From: Antechinus flavipes
Taxonomy: Eukaryota
Length of the DNA: 64,000 nucleotides
NCBI RefSeq assembly: GCF_016432865.1
Contig: NC_067402.1
Location: forward strand, 201,376,001 to 201,440,000
Direction: 5' to 3'
Made by a program: the position numbers and the translations under genes. The stretch's first letter is position 1. The number at the start of each line of letters is the position of its first letter. The notes beneath the pieces were generated by a model that saw only the letters and a program-made list of their open reading frames with translations, did no database searches and was not told the DNA's origin. This document shows, piece by piece, positions 51,300 through 63,650 of the stretch.

Positions 51300-52022
51300 A
51301 ATAGGCAGATGAATGACATCATGCTGGTTGAATCAAGCCCCAATAACATTGTAGAGCCTCTTGGAAGAGATCCATAAGCACTAAAAAGTTTGTTTAGATC
51401 TTTCAAACAGGAAAGACCAAAATGAATGGAGTTTCTATTGCCTCAGCTATGATGCACAGATCCATTAGTATGGATATCTGGAAGAGGCAGTGAAAAATGG
51501 ACAATGAGTCATCTTTATAATTAAGCAGGAAGATGAGAGAGGATTTGGATTGTTTTCAGGAAATTACAGAATTCCTTTCATGACCACAGATTTCTTCCAA
51601 AAACAAATGTCCCTCTTTTTAATACCAATATTGTACCCAGTGTTGTTATACAGGAGTGAGATCTGGAGTAAAACTGTTTGTGAAGAATAGAAAACGAACG
51701 TCACCCTGAAGAAGTGTGTGATAGGTATAACCAGGCTGCAACACGTAGCCAAGGAGGAGCTTTAAAGTATGTTCATAAAATATATTATGAGAGAAATGTC
51801 TGATTGAAGAAAAAAGGTGGGTGAGTCACATGTTGAGTATGAGGAGTAAAGGAAGGCATTTTGAATGCTCTCAGAGTCAAGAGGAATTAAGGGTATCCTC
51901 TAGTACACTGTAGAAAGCTTATGGAAGAAAGTGGACAAAAGCTTCACAGGGTAAGCAGGCATGGAGGGGTTGTAATTTGCAGCATTTGGGACAATATACA
52001 AATATATGAGATCACTTAATCC
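51300..52022 (+). mobile_element. RTE-clade LINE, RT C-terminal fragment (older family than 39335-39895)
   Basis: Translations across frameshifts give DIMLVESSP...LLEEIHKH...TGKTK.M (after the FADD motif) and FRKLQNSF...LFNTNI.PV..Y.SEIW. Confidence 0.85.
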
Positions 52023-52151
52023 AGACTCACATGAATGCTATGAACAAGCTTTGACTCCAGAAGAATGATTATGAGCTATTTTTCAATAAAGAGATTGGAA
52101 CCTATAGGTGTATAATGAGGCATTTATGATCAATAATATGCTGAATTGTCC

Positions 52152-52318
52152 TTTTTTTTGCTTTTTTTTTTTTTTTTTTTTTACTGAGGCAATTGGGGTT
52201 AAGTGACTTGCCCAGGGTCACACAGCCAGGGAGTGTTAAGTGTCTGAGATCAGATTTGAACTCAGATCCTCCTGACTTAAGGGTTGGTGCTCTATCCACT
52301 GCCCCAAACAGCTACCCC
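52152..52318 (-). mobile_element. WSINE1-type SINE with long poly(A)
   Basis: (T)n-actgaggcaattggggttaagtgacttgcccagggtcacacag...gtgctctatccactg...gctacccc; ctgaatt occurs on both flanks. Confidence 0.92.
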
Positions 52319-53130
52319 CTGAATTTTTTTTTTTTTTTAGAAGAGAGAGCTCTATGAAGAGCATTTTTAGGAAATATTTTTAAAGCATCAATAAAACAGT
52401 TTAAAACAAAGTAAAATGAATTTTTAAAAAATCCTGGAAAGGAAGCATAGTATAGTGGGAAGAAAGCAGAACTTTAGATCAGGGAAACCTGGGTTCAGGT
52501 TCTGCCTTTGCCAAATACTGACTGTAATTCTGAGTAAGCCATTCAACCTCTGTTATGTGGGCAACTCCCTGCGAATTACAAAGAATGTGTCAATACACAA
52601 TGATAGAGGAAATTCCTCACTGAGAGCTTTTTACATCTATGAAATCATGTGTCTGGTAAAAATAACATATACACATACCAGTAACAATATTGCTGAAAAT
52701 GCTTCTGAAAATGTATCAAGCACTGTGAAAGTGTAATTTCTATTTATCTGTAACTGCTTAAGCAGGGAATGTACATAAAATATAAAACCATAGAAAAGAC
52801 CTCAGAGAACCTACAAGCCTCCAATAAATTTGATAGGTCTGAGAACTATTTTTTGCTCATATTATGCTTGTTATTTTAGGCAAAGTTCTAGAGAAGTTAG
52901 GGGACTTATACTATTGTCCCAGTTCTTCCACTTCCTAGTGATGTAAATTTGAACTTTCATCTATAAAAGGAGAAGATCAAAAACTTAAAAGGTCTCTTCC
53001 AGCTCTGAAGTTCTGGGATTCTATAATTCTTTTGCTCAAATACTATGAAGTACTATATTTGATGTTTTGGTAAATGCTATAATCATAAGATTAAGAGCAG
53101 GAAAGTTCCTTAGAGATTGATTATCTAATT

Positions 53131-53337
53131 TAGTGCTTCTCATTTTTTTAGTACCCCTTTGGATTAAAAAATTATCAAAGATCCTTCTTCAAGAGCTTTG
53201 TTTAAGTGAGATTTATTTGTGAATATTTACCATGTTAAAAATTAAGGCATTTATTTAAATAATTTTGACACTGAAGACCCTTTGAAAGTGAGTCAGAGAC
53301 ACCTAGGAATCCCTGGTTCACATATTGAAAACTGCTT
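53131..53337 (-). mobile_element. hAT-Charlie1-derived MITE (~207 bp) inserted in a MIR-type element
   Basis: Degenerate terminal inverted repeats (tagtgcttctca...ttgaaaactgctt). The 8-bp flanks atctaatt / atctagtc fit the Charlie NTCTAGAN target preference. Confidence 0.8.
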
Positions 53338-53869
53338 ATCTAGTCCAAACGTTTAAAAAAATGAGGACAATGACACCTCTAGAGCAGAAGAGCAGAGCTA
53401 GGATAGAGCATTATCAGGACATCATTTTATATATAAGAGACAATGATATAAAGTAACTTCTACAACTAAATCCCTGTTAACAGAAAATAACACAATGTTT
53501 TATGTATAACTCCCAAAGTAACCATACTCTTTGCCCATTAACTGTTCCATTCTATTTATAAAATGACCTAAGTTCTCACACCTGTTGTCAGATTTTCATC
53601 TTGTCATTCAAAATAAGGGATCAGGTTTACCCACATCATTTTATTGTTACTGAGAAACAATTTGCACCATTTGAATAGCTTTCCTTCCGTCACATATGTT
53701 GCCCTAATAGAATACTGGGCCAAAATTGAAAGAATCCCATTGCTCATTTCCTAAAAGAAGTCCCCAAATGAAACAATATTGTGATCAAAATTCAAAACTC
53801 CCAAGTCATGGAGAAAGTTCTGCACCTAGGAAAGAAAAAATTCAAATAAAGTAAAATTACACAGTTAGA

Positions 53870-56800
53870 ATCATGAAAGATTTAGCAGTCACCACTGTAA
53901 AATAGCAGAGGGTTTAGTACATGCTTTATTCTAGAAGGGAAAGGAGCTAAGATTACAACCAAAAATTACTTACGTTGCAAAATTGAGAAGAAATGGACAT
54001 TTAATGAAATACAGGGATCTCAGGCATTTCTGATGAGAAGACCAGTGCTAAAGAGAAATTTTGACATTCAAATACAAGATTTAAACATAAAAAGGTAAAC
54101 ACGAGAAAGAAATCATAAGGGGCTAAACAAGATTAAACTATTTACATTCTTATGTGGAAAGATGAAACATGTAACTCCTCAGAACATTATCATCACTATG
54201 GTAATTAACGGGAGTCTACTTAGAAGGCATGTATGGAATACAATTACATTGGGATGATCTCAAAAGAAAAAATGGAAGCATGAGAAAGAGGGATACACTG
54301 GAAGAAGGAAAAGGAGGAAACAAGGGGAAATTTTTCCATATAAATAAGGTATACAAGGAATAGTTGGTACAATACAAGGGAAAGGAGTAAGCAATGCTCT
54401 TATCTGCACTGGTTCAAGGAAGAAACAATATACATACACATAATTAAATACAGAAATTCATCCAACCCAACAGGGAAGAAGTTGGCAGAGACACTAAGAA
54501 AAACAGGAGGGAGATAATAGGGATCACAGATTAAGGGAACCAGTGGTCAGAAACAAAACAGATTTGAGTAGTGGACAGGATGAAAAAAAAGAGAAGAAAG
54601 AAATCAAAAAAATAAAATGGAAGGAAATACACAATTAGCAATCATAACTGTGAAGGTGACTAGGATTTGAACTCACTGCTAAAACAGTAGAAGATAGCAA
54701 AATGAATTATATATAAAAACTCAAAAATATGTTGTTCATAAGAAACAAATTTAAGCAGAAGCTGGTATGTTTTGGTTGAAGTTTTAAAAAGGCAGGGATA
54801 ATCATCTCAAATAGAGCAAAAGGAAAAAATCTAATTAAAAGAGATAATCAGGAAAAATACATTTTGTTAGAAGATTGCTTAGATGAATTAATATCAGTAC
54901 TGAACATGTCTGCACCAAAAAGCATATCACCCAAATTCTTAAAGGAAAAATTAAATTAATTATAGGAATAAATAGACACTAAAACTGTACTAGTAGAAGA
55001 CCGCAATTTACCCCTCTCAGACCTAGATAAATCTATGAAATATATGTACATTGTACAAACTATTCCTTATATGCCTTATGTATATGCATGTATAAATATA
55101 CACATCATATAGAGATATAAGATATATACATGTAATTCAAAAATATGTATGTATGTATGTATTACCTAGATTACTAAAAAAGGGAAATGGAATAGTTAAA
55201 TAACCTTATTATAGAAAAAGAAATTGAATAAGTCATAAATGGGTTCCTACCAAAAAATATTCCCAGGACCAAATAAATTTGCAAATGAATTCTACCAAAA
55301 TTTAACAATTAATTCCAATATTACATGAACTGTTTGAAATAGATTCCTTCTGTGACATAAATATGGTTTTAATACTTAAACCAGGAACATCAGAAAAGAA
55401 GGGAAAAACTATAAATCATTTATATTTATATTGATACAAAGATTATAAATGAAATATTAGCAAAGCCATTAAAACTATATATCACATAGATTCAAACTAT
55501 GACCAAGCTGGATTTATACCAAGAATGCAGGGCTAGTTCAATATTAAGACTATAAACATAGCTGACAATATCAATAATAAAAATAACCAAAGTCATATAA
55601 TTATTTCAATACATTAAAAAAAATCGTTTGACAAAACATAATAACCATTGCTATTAAAAACAATAGAAAGCAAAGGAATTAATAGAGTTTTTCCCTAAAA
55701 GTATAGCTAACATCTATCTACATTCCAAGAGCAAGCATTTCTAATAAGCTCAGAAATGAAGCAAGGATGTATGTTATCACCATTATTATTCAATATTGTA
55801 CTGGAAATGTCAGCCATGATAATAAAACAGGAGAGAGAAATTGAAGAAATCAGAATAGGCAATAAAGAAACAAAATGATCCCTCTTTGTACATGATATGA
55901 TGATATATTTAGAGAATCCTGAAGAATAAACTAAAAAGCAAAAATAAATTAAAAACTAGTCATAAGAATTAAACATTGTTTTTCTCCTTCCCCCCAAAAG
56001 GAAGCACAAATCAGGTCAATTACCCTAGGGTGTGCAGACTGCTTCACTTCTTAGCCAGTGTTTGTGATTTTGTTCCCAGTAAATTAATCCCTAAATGATT
56101 TTTCATTTATTGTTCTTCTGTAAGGAATTTCTATAATCGAATTGATTTTCCTTTATGTTGCACCAATCAGAGGATTTTGATGCACCATTATTACAATTTA
56201 AGTCTGTAGTGTGTCTGTACCATGTCTGTTAGTATGATCTCAATGAGATCATAAAAATGGAAAGGGATACACACATATACAAATATATTTAATAAGCTCT
56301 TTTTGTGGTGGCAATGAATTAAACTGAGGGAATTCCCATCTACTAAGCAATGGACAAACAAATTGTGATATATTATATTAAATAAGAAGAACTGAGGGAC
56401 AACCAGATGACACAGTAGATAGAATACTGGCCCCGAAGTCAGGAGAATCTGCATTCAAATCCAGCCTCAGACCCTTAACTTACTAGCTATGTGATCCTGG
56501 GCAAGTAACTTAACCCCAACTGCCTCAATAAAAAAAAAAAAAAGTGATAAGCAAGATACTTTCAGAAAAACCTGGAAAGACTTACATGAACTGATGAAAG
56601 GTAAAATGAGCAGGACCATGAGATGATAATGTACAATAACAGTAACTTTGTGTGAAGCTCAAAAGTGAAAGAGAAGGAAAGAGAAAGAAAAATTGGAATT
56701 AAAAAAAAAATGTTGAAAACTATCTTTATGTATAATTCAAAAAATAAAATACTATTAAATGGAGAGGAAAGTAAAAAAAAAAATTAAGCACTTCAGCAAA

Positions 56801-57015
56801 GTTTTAGGACACATAAAACCACAAAATTCATGAGCTTATCTATATATTACCAACAACAGCCAGCAGGAAGTGATAGAAAAAGAAAATTCATTAAAAATAG
56901 CTGGAGATAGTATAAAATATTTGGGATTCATACAGAAACTGTATGACTACCATTACAAAACATTCCACAAAAATAAAGACATCTAAATAACTGGAAAAAT
57001 ACTAATTGCTCAAAA
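53870..57015 (+). mobile_element. Old L1 (ORF1 end, inter-ORF region, ORF2 endonuclease/RT fragments) with a nested insertion at ~55956-56780
   Basis: Endonuclease (actgtgaaggtgactagg, cagggataatcatctca) and RT (gaccaagctggatttataccaagaatgcagggctagttcaatatt; tttgtacatgatatgat) pieces; ORF2 resumes at ~56781. Confidence 0.85.
56394..56543 (+). mobile_element. WSINE1-type SINE nested in an L1 3' end
   Basis: gggacaaccagatgacacagtagatag...gtgatcctgggcaagtaacttaaccccaactgcctc-A(n). Confidence 0.9.
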
Positions 57016-57504
57016 AAATCATGCTAATACAATTTATTCATGACCTGAAGAGAATATTCCTTCCTATTTGAATCAAAAGATCCTATTCTCACCCTCATGA
57101 CTAATACCTTCTGAGAGATTCTAAGCTGCCTTTAAGCTAAAACACACTTATAACACTAAAACTGCTCTTCATTGCTCTCATTGAACTCTTGACCCTTCTA
57201 CTTTGGAAACTTCTGATAGTTGAACTATTATGATTGTTGAGAAAATGTTAGTTTTGATTAGTGTTTTCCCCATTATCTCTTTAATTGTAGATTTCTATTA
57301 ATTTATTTAGTAAATTATTTATAAATAATTCCTAGCAATCTAGTAATTAGCTAATGAGGTATTTATAAACTACTGAAATTTTTCAATTTTGCTTGTGAAG
57401 CAGTGTGCATCATTTAATAATTTAATTTTCACCGGACAAAATCAAAATGTTTACATTCTTCTCTTCCCTTATGCAGTGTTTTGGGAAATGGTGTCTAGTC
57501 ATTA

Positions 57505-57735
57505 TTTTGTTGTTCAGTTGTTTCAGTCATGTCTTACTCTTCATGACTACATTTGAGGTTTTTTTGCTGAAGATACTAGAGTGGTTTGCTGTTTCTTTCT
57601 CCACCTAATTTTACAAAAGAGGAAACTGAGGCAAACAAAATTAAGTGACTTGCCTAGGGTCAGATCTGGAGGCTGGATTTTAATTCAAGTCTTTCTGACT
57701 CTAGGTTCAGTACTCTACCCAGTGGACCACCTAGT
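57505..57735 (-). mobile_element. MAR1-type SINE
   Basis: ttgttgttcagttgtttcagtcatgtc...gaagatactagagtggtttgc...gaggaaactgaggcaaa...ccacctag. Confidence 0.88.
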
Positions 57736-57814
57736 GAACAAAAATAGCTGGTCTTTGAGAGGTAGGTTAAATAGAGCATGGATTTAAGTGTGTGTTTCAC
57801 CAAATTATCTATGT

Positions 57815-57885
57815 TACACTACTTTACCTTATCCTACCCTACCCTATCCTGTTCTACTTTACACTACACTGTACTGCAACTATCA
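57815..57885. repeat. Degenerate pentanucleotide repeat, approximately (CTACC/CTACA)n
   Basis: acactactttaccttatcctaccctaccctatcctgttctactttacactacactgtactg. Confidence 0.7.
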
Positions 57886-58561
57886 TTATTCTTTTCTAAG
57901 AAGAATAATCAGCATTTCAAGAAGAGAAAGTTTATCCTTACAACAGGCAATTTCTCTTGACATTTGAGGGCTGTGACTGGAAACTAATGGATAAATCAAA
58001 CTTAATTTGAACTTAATTTTGTTTTATCTCTCTATCTATGTGTATCTGTAAAACTAATGCTTCTCAGATTCTGAGTAGAGATAACAATTAAACAAGCTCA
58101 TGGAAAAGGTTAGAAATCTACTTGGACATACAGTTCCAAACATCCTAAATTTTCTATTTCCTTTGTTCCTAAGGTAACTTCCAGCCCCCAATTACATCAT
58201 TTCCATTCCAGGCAAGAAAGACATTCCACTTGTGATTCCAGAGAGTCTTTCCATGTGTCTGGGATAGAAAGATCTCTAACAGTGTGGGATAGTGCAGCCT
58301 AAAGCTTTTTGACACTTGTAGTTCCTTTCCTTTCTTTTTCTTTCCTTCCCACCTTCATCCTTCTTGCTATAACCCCCACAGAAAAGGAGGAGTTATGACT
58401 AATCTTTGAGTAGTGATTGCTTAAGAGTCTAAAGCCCTGCAAAACCAAAAGAATTAAACCAGCCATTTCAGTGGTAACCAGACTAGAGCAAAATGGATTT
58501 GGACTATAATTACTCAACTAACTATAGCTAGTTTTAACTTAACTGCTTAATAATATATGTA

Positions 58562-61325
58562 AGGGGAGGAAGTCAAGGTGGCAGAACAGCAGGAAACTGT
58601 AAGCCCCTCATCACCACCATCAAAAAAATTTCAAAGAGATATCAAAATTTGGAAAAAACAAAGAAAAAGGAAGACTTAGTCATTTTTCCAGCCTAGGGGA
58701 ATAAGGAGTCAAAAAAAGAGGCCATAATTGTGCAGCAAAACATAAGAGCACAAGCAGGATCTAGGTACCCTGGCAAATCAATATCAGGGTAATGAGATAG
58801 GAACAGGTGCCATCTGTTGACTTTCTTGTCTATGATTCAGTTCTGGTTCACCATTCCAAGATAGAATGAAGACGGGTACTGAGGTAGAGTTACTAGTGCA
58901 ACATTAGTGTCGTGACAGACTTTCAGGCACAGAGCAGGGTTGTTGTTCCAGCTTCTAGCACAGTCTGAAGCCTTTTGAAGAATAACCATGGTATGAACCC
59001 CAGATCAAAGAGGAGCCTGCCATTCTATCCCTCCCACTGGTTCTCAAAGTATGGTCTAGAGAATCCTGGGGATCTCTGAAACCCTTTTAGAGGTCTATAA
59101 ATTCAAAAATGGTTTTTATTTCTAATATGGTAAATGTCTATAAATATAATCCAGATAAACAAAAACGCTTTGGAGAGATCCTCAATAATTTTTAATAGGA
59201 TAAAGATACTGAAAATAAAAGTTTGAGAACCATTGCTCTAAACTATTAAAGCTTCACAATAATTAAGTATAGCAGAAATCAATTGTTATTCAGATTCAAA
59301 CTTGGATGAACAACTTGTAGAGATTACAAGGATAGAAATGAGATTGTGCCCTAGAGCAGAACACATTGTCAACACTGAAAGCTTATAAGTCCCTAGGTTG
59401 ACCTATCTATAAGATGTTGAAATAATAAAATATCAATACTACAAAAAGGTAACAACAGTACCAACCCAGGCCTTCCTTGTAGAAGTGCAGAGATCCTAAC
59501 CTTCAACATCAAGTTTAAATTCATGAACTAGGTTGGAAGAATGAGTAAACAAACAAAAAAAAATGACTCCACCATAAAACTAGTATAGTGAAGAATGACT
59601 CCAAAACATGTAGAAACAAAACCACAAAGAAAAATGCAGTTTGTGCACAAATGCAACTGGATTTTCTGGACGTGATGAAGCAAAAGAATGGCTTTGGGTT
59701 TTTTAAGGTTAAATATGTTTTTATGAAGGAATGAGAGAACTGGAAAAAAAAAAAAGAAAGAATGCATAATTATTAAATGCTTTCAATCTAGATTGTAAAA
59801 ATAGAAAAAATGTAAAGTATCTCATAGCACATAAAAAGCAGTTCAAGGAGAAAAATATTAAGAACTATTGGTCTATCTGAAAATCACAAACAAACAAAAA
59901 AAAGAATGTAGACATATTAGACATCAAAAAGAAATCTTAAAAGAAAACTACTGAGATCTGTTAGAACCTAAGGACAAAGTAGAAATAAAAGAGAATTCAT
60001 AGGCCATTTTTGAAAGAAATCTCCAAATGAAATCTACCTAAATTATTATATACAGTTTACAAGTCAAAGGGGGAGAAAAGCAGCCAGGAAAGAAAGATTT
60101 CAGTTATTAAGGAGACACAGTCAAGATCACCCACAATTTAGTAACCAATATTGTATAGGAGTGGAAAGCTTGGAATATAATATTCCAAAAGATAAAAAAT
60201 ATAGATTTATAGACAATAATAAGTTTTTCAGCACAACTGAATATAAGTATATGGATGGGAGTGGGAGTGGGGGAGAATAGGTCTTTAATGAAATGCTTTC
60301 CAAACATTCTTAATGAAAAGTATTGCATAAAACCTTTGAACTTCAAAGACAAAAGAAACATTTAAAAAGTAAATACAAATTTCAAAAATGGTATAGAACT
60401 AAACAAAGATAGACTGCTTATTTCCAAATACAATTAGATGATACGAGGGACCTCTGAATCCTATCATCATCAGAGGTCATAGAAGGAGTTTCATTACACA
60501 AAGCCTGAGGAGGTTCTTTAATAAAAGTAAATAGGAAGTGGAATACACTGGGAGAAGTGGTAGGAGAGAAAGAGAAATTAAGGAAAATTATCTTATATAG
60601 AAAGAGTTTTCAAAAAGAGGAGGTGAAGTAATCATCTAACATTCAAACCTAGTGGTTTGAAGGAGGGAGTAACATGCATATAGATAATTAGGGAATAGAA
60701 ATATATTTCCTTTAAAAGAGAAATAACATTAAAAACAAACAAAAGAGAAGAAGGTAGGTTAAGGAAGGAACTTAGTTCCAAATAAAACAAACTCTCTAAA
60801 GATGTACAAAAAAATATTCATAGCCCCTTTTGAGACACAAAGAATGGAAATCTTTGGGAGTGCCCATAAGTTAAAAAATGGCCAAATAAGTTATAGTATA
60901 TAAATGTCATGTAATACTATTGTACTGTCAAAAAAAATCTTGAAGGGGATAGTTCCAGAAAAAAACTTATATGAACTGATGCAAAGGGAAGTGAACAGCA
61001 TCAGGAGAATAATTTATAATGACATTATGGTAAATATTAACAATTTTGAAAGACTTAGGAATTCTGATTAGTGTAATGACCAACTTTTCAGAAGACTAAT
61101 GATGAAATATGTCTACCCTCCTGATGTGGGAGGTAGAAGACTTAAAGTACAATAAGATATATATTTTGGGGACATATAATGTAGAAACTTATTTTGCTTG
61201 ATTATACATGGTTTAGCAAAGGTTTTGCTTTTCTTTCATTCTGAAATATGGGACTGGGAAGGGAGTGAATGTGAATTTTTGTTGATTAAAAAATAAAATA
61301 TAATTTTAAAACTATAAAAAAAAGA
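58562..61325 (+). mobile_element. L1-like element with 5'UTR, ORF1 and 3' end but almost no ORF2 (HAL1-like or internally deleted L1)
   Basis: Starts ggaagtcaaggtggcag (L1-type start). ORF1 remnants lie at ~59540-60400. At ~60790 it jumps to the last ORF2 codons and the 3'UTR/A-tail. Confidence 0.75.
59035..59235 (+). mobile_element. hAT-Charlie1-derived MITE (~200 bp)
   Basis: Terminal inverted repeats cactggttctcaaa...tttgagaaccattg; the internal sequence matches the Charlie1 ends; the right flank is ctctaaac. Confidence 0.88.
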
Positions 61326-62219
61326 TTAATGGGACTGGCAGCTTCTATGAAACTCACCAGTAATAGTCAGATCAGTAGAGAGTGATTCAAAACCCAAGAT
61401 TTTCCTTTGCTTTGTCTAATTGCTTATCAAGCTGATCTAGACAAGTTACAACCAGTCATGATGTATCCTTTATTCATTTCCTCATCTACCACCTATGAGG
61501 AGGTGAAGAGGGAGAGGAATTAATCCAACAAAGCAATACATTTACAGTTTTGAGGCTGAAAGCTTTCTTACTGCTTTTTCACTACACTATCACTTTTTTA
61601 TACTTATTTCATTGTTTTTAAAAATCCCATGGTCACTAAGATGTTGGTCAAATGAGGTCAGTCAATCAAAAGCAAAGTTTCCCAGATTCTCCTAACTGGG
61701 TGGAGTGGATGAAGGAAGAGGTTAAGATATCAGGAGGGAATATTAAGAGGAGATATTAAATACTTTTAATAATTTTGGAGGATATTCCATATTATACTTT
61801 TAAATCTACATAAAACAAAGGGCAAATAGTGCTGCCTCATGAGCCTGGGAAGGCTCAAAATGGTGCAAATGGGAACTAGTTTAAGAGATACTAAACTCAT
61901 CTTCCTCTGATGAGCAATGACAATACTGTGTCCTTTGGGAAAGCTTGTACGGTAAATGAATATCCTCTGAGGTAACCATTGTTCTATTGGCTTCAGGATA
62001 GCCCCTCCCAGCTGCCTAAATATATACTTCACTCCCAAGATGGATAGCTAATTAATTAAATGACGGCCAATTTCTCTGTTGGTTGTAGTTAAGCAACAGA
62101 ATGACTCATGTATTGATGCATATGGACATAGTTTATACAGCAATACATAGCAACTGAAACTATTGGCCATTTCTATTAGTTCCACTCTCTGGAATCAAAT
62201 AGAAGTAATCTTTGTTTGA

Positions 62220-62450
62220 CATTTCAGATATTTGAAGACTGCTATCATGCCCTAGTTCCATCATCACTATCCCTATACTTCTCCAGTTTAAACAAGCCAA
62301 GTTCTTCAACTGATCTCTATATGGCTTGAGTAGCTTTTAGTCTCTTCGCTTTCTGATCACTATATTTTAGATATAATCTAGATATAATCAGATATACTCT
62401 AGATTTAACTCCAGTTGATCAATATCCTTCCTAAAATGTGGACAACAACA
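62220..62450 (-). mobile_element. CR1/L3 fragment
   Basis: tatttgaagactgctatcatg...ttctccagtttaaacaagccaagttcttcaac...atccttcctaaaatgtgg. Confidence 0.7.
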
Positions 62451-62529
62451 ATAATAGATATTCTGTGTCCTTTTAAAAAAATTCATATGTTTACATAGCA
62501 AAGCCTGGTTGATTCAGCCAGGTGAAGAA

Positions 62530-63650
62530 GGATTAGGAAAAAACTCTGTTAGATTTGGGAATGGAGAGATCATGATAATTTTGAAGAAGGCAGTTTTTGG
62601 CTGAATGATGAAATCTGAAGCAAGACTACAGAGTTAAGAAGAGAATAAAAGGAAAAAAGTATAAAGGCATTAATTAGACAGTCTTCTCAAAGAATTTAAT
62701 TACAAAAAGGAGAGAGTGAATGCTAACTAATTGAGATGGAAGGATCAACTATTTTTTTGAGGATGTGGGAGATCTGGACATGTTTGTAAATAGGGAGAGA
62801 TTAAATCTAAATGGGGGGGGTGGCAGAGGGGACAATCTTCTGGAGCAGATGGTATTTTGGGGAATATAGAGGGTAAATCCTGCCAAGAAAAAGGAACACC
62901 TCTTCATGTGAGAGAAAGGTAAAGGAGGAAATAATGGCAGAAGAAATTTGGATGATAGGAGATGAAAAGTAAGGAAGAAGAAGCTCTCAGTAAATGGCCT
63001 CAATTTTTTCAGTTGAATTTGAAGACAAGTTCTTAGCTGAGAATGTATGGGGTAAGAAGAATATGTAATTTTTGAGGTAGAATGGAAAGTTTTAGAAAAT
63101 CTGCTCTAGTGAGTGTCTTAGTGAGTAAATTAGGAAAGTATAAAAGGATTGCCTTGACATAGTGAGAGCCCATTATGGAATATAAAGTTTTTAGTGAACC
63201 AGCATGTTTTCATGGTTTTTCTAGTTTTTCCTGTAGTATGGGAATAGAAGAGAATACAGTAGATGTAGGAGTAATTGAAGGTTGAGGGCTTAACACAGCA
63301 AGAGCAGTAAGGACTAAGGACTTGAGAAAAGAATAGAATTAAACTGATTCACAAAGGAATCAAGAGGAAGAAGGAAACAGAGTGTATAGCTAGTGCAAGG
63401 GTAATGGCTTGAGAAAGAACTGGCTGAAGGGTTGAAAGATTAGAGATTATTGTAATGGCAAAGAACAGAGATTGAGGTTGCAAGGTTGAGGGAAAGATGG
63501 AATAACAATAGATTGTGACCAGATAAGGGGATTTCAGAGTTTATATATATATGAAAAATGTGTATTTGTGAGTAATGTAAGATGAAAGACATGACTTGGA
63601 TGGTCATATCAAAGCTAGTTTGTGATATAGTGAAAACCAGTTTAAAATGT
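62530..63650 (-). mobile_element. Long L2 fragment
   Basis: Purine-rich antisense L2 RT region (aggaagaagaagctctcagtaaatggcctcaattttttcagt; gggttgaaagattagagattattg). Confidence 0.75.

Noticed and set aside
57040-57260. Possible mitochondrial insertion (numt)
   Set aside because: Translation with the vertebrate mitochondrial code gives stops and no recognisable mitochondrial protein or tRNA.
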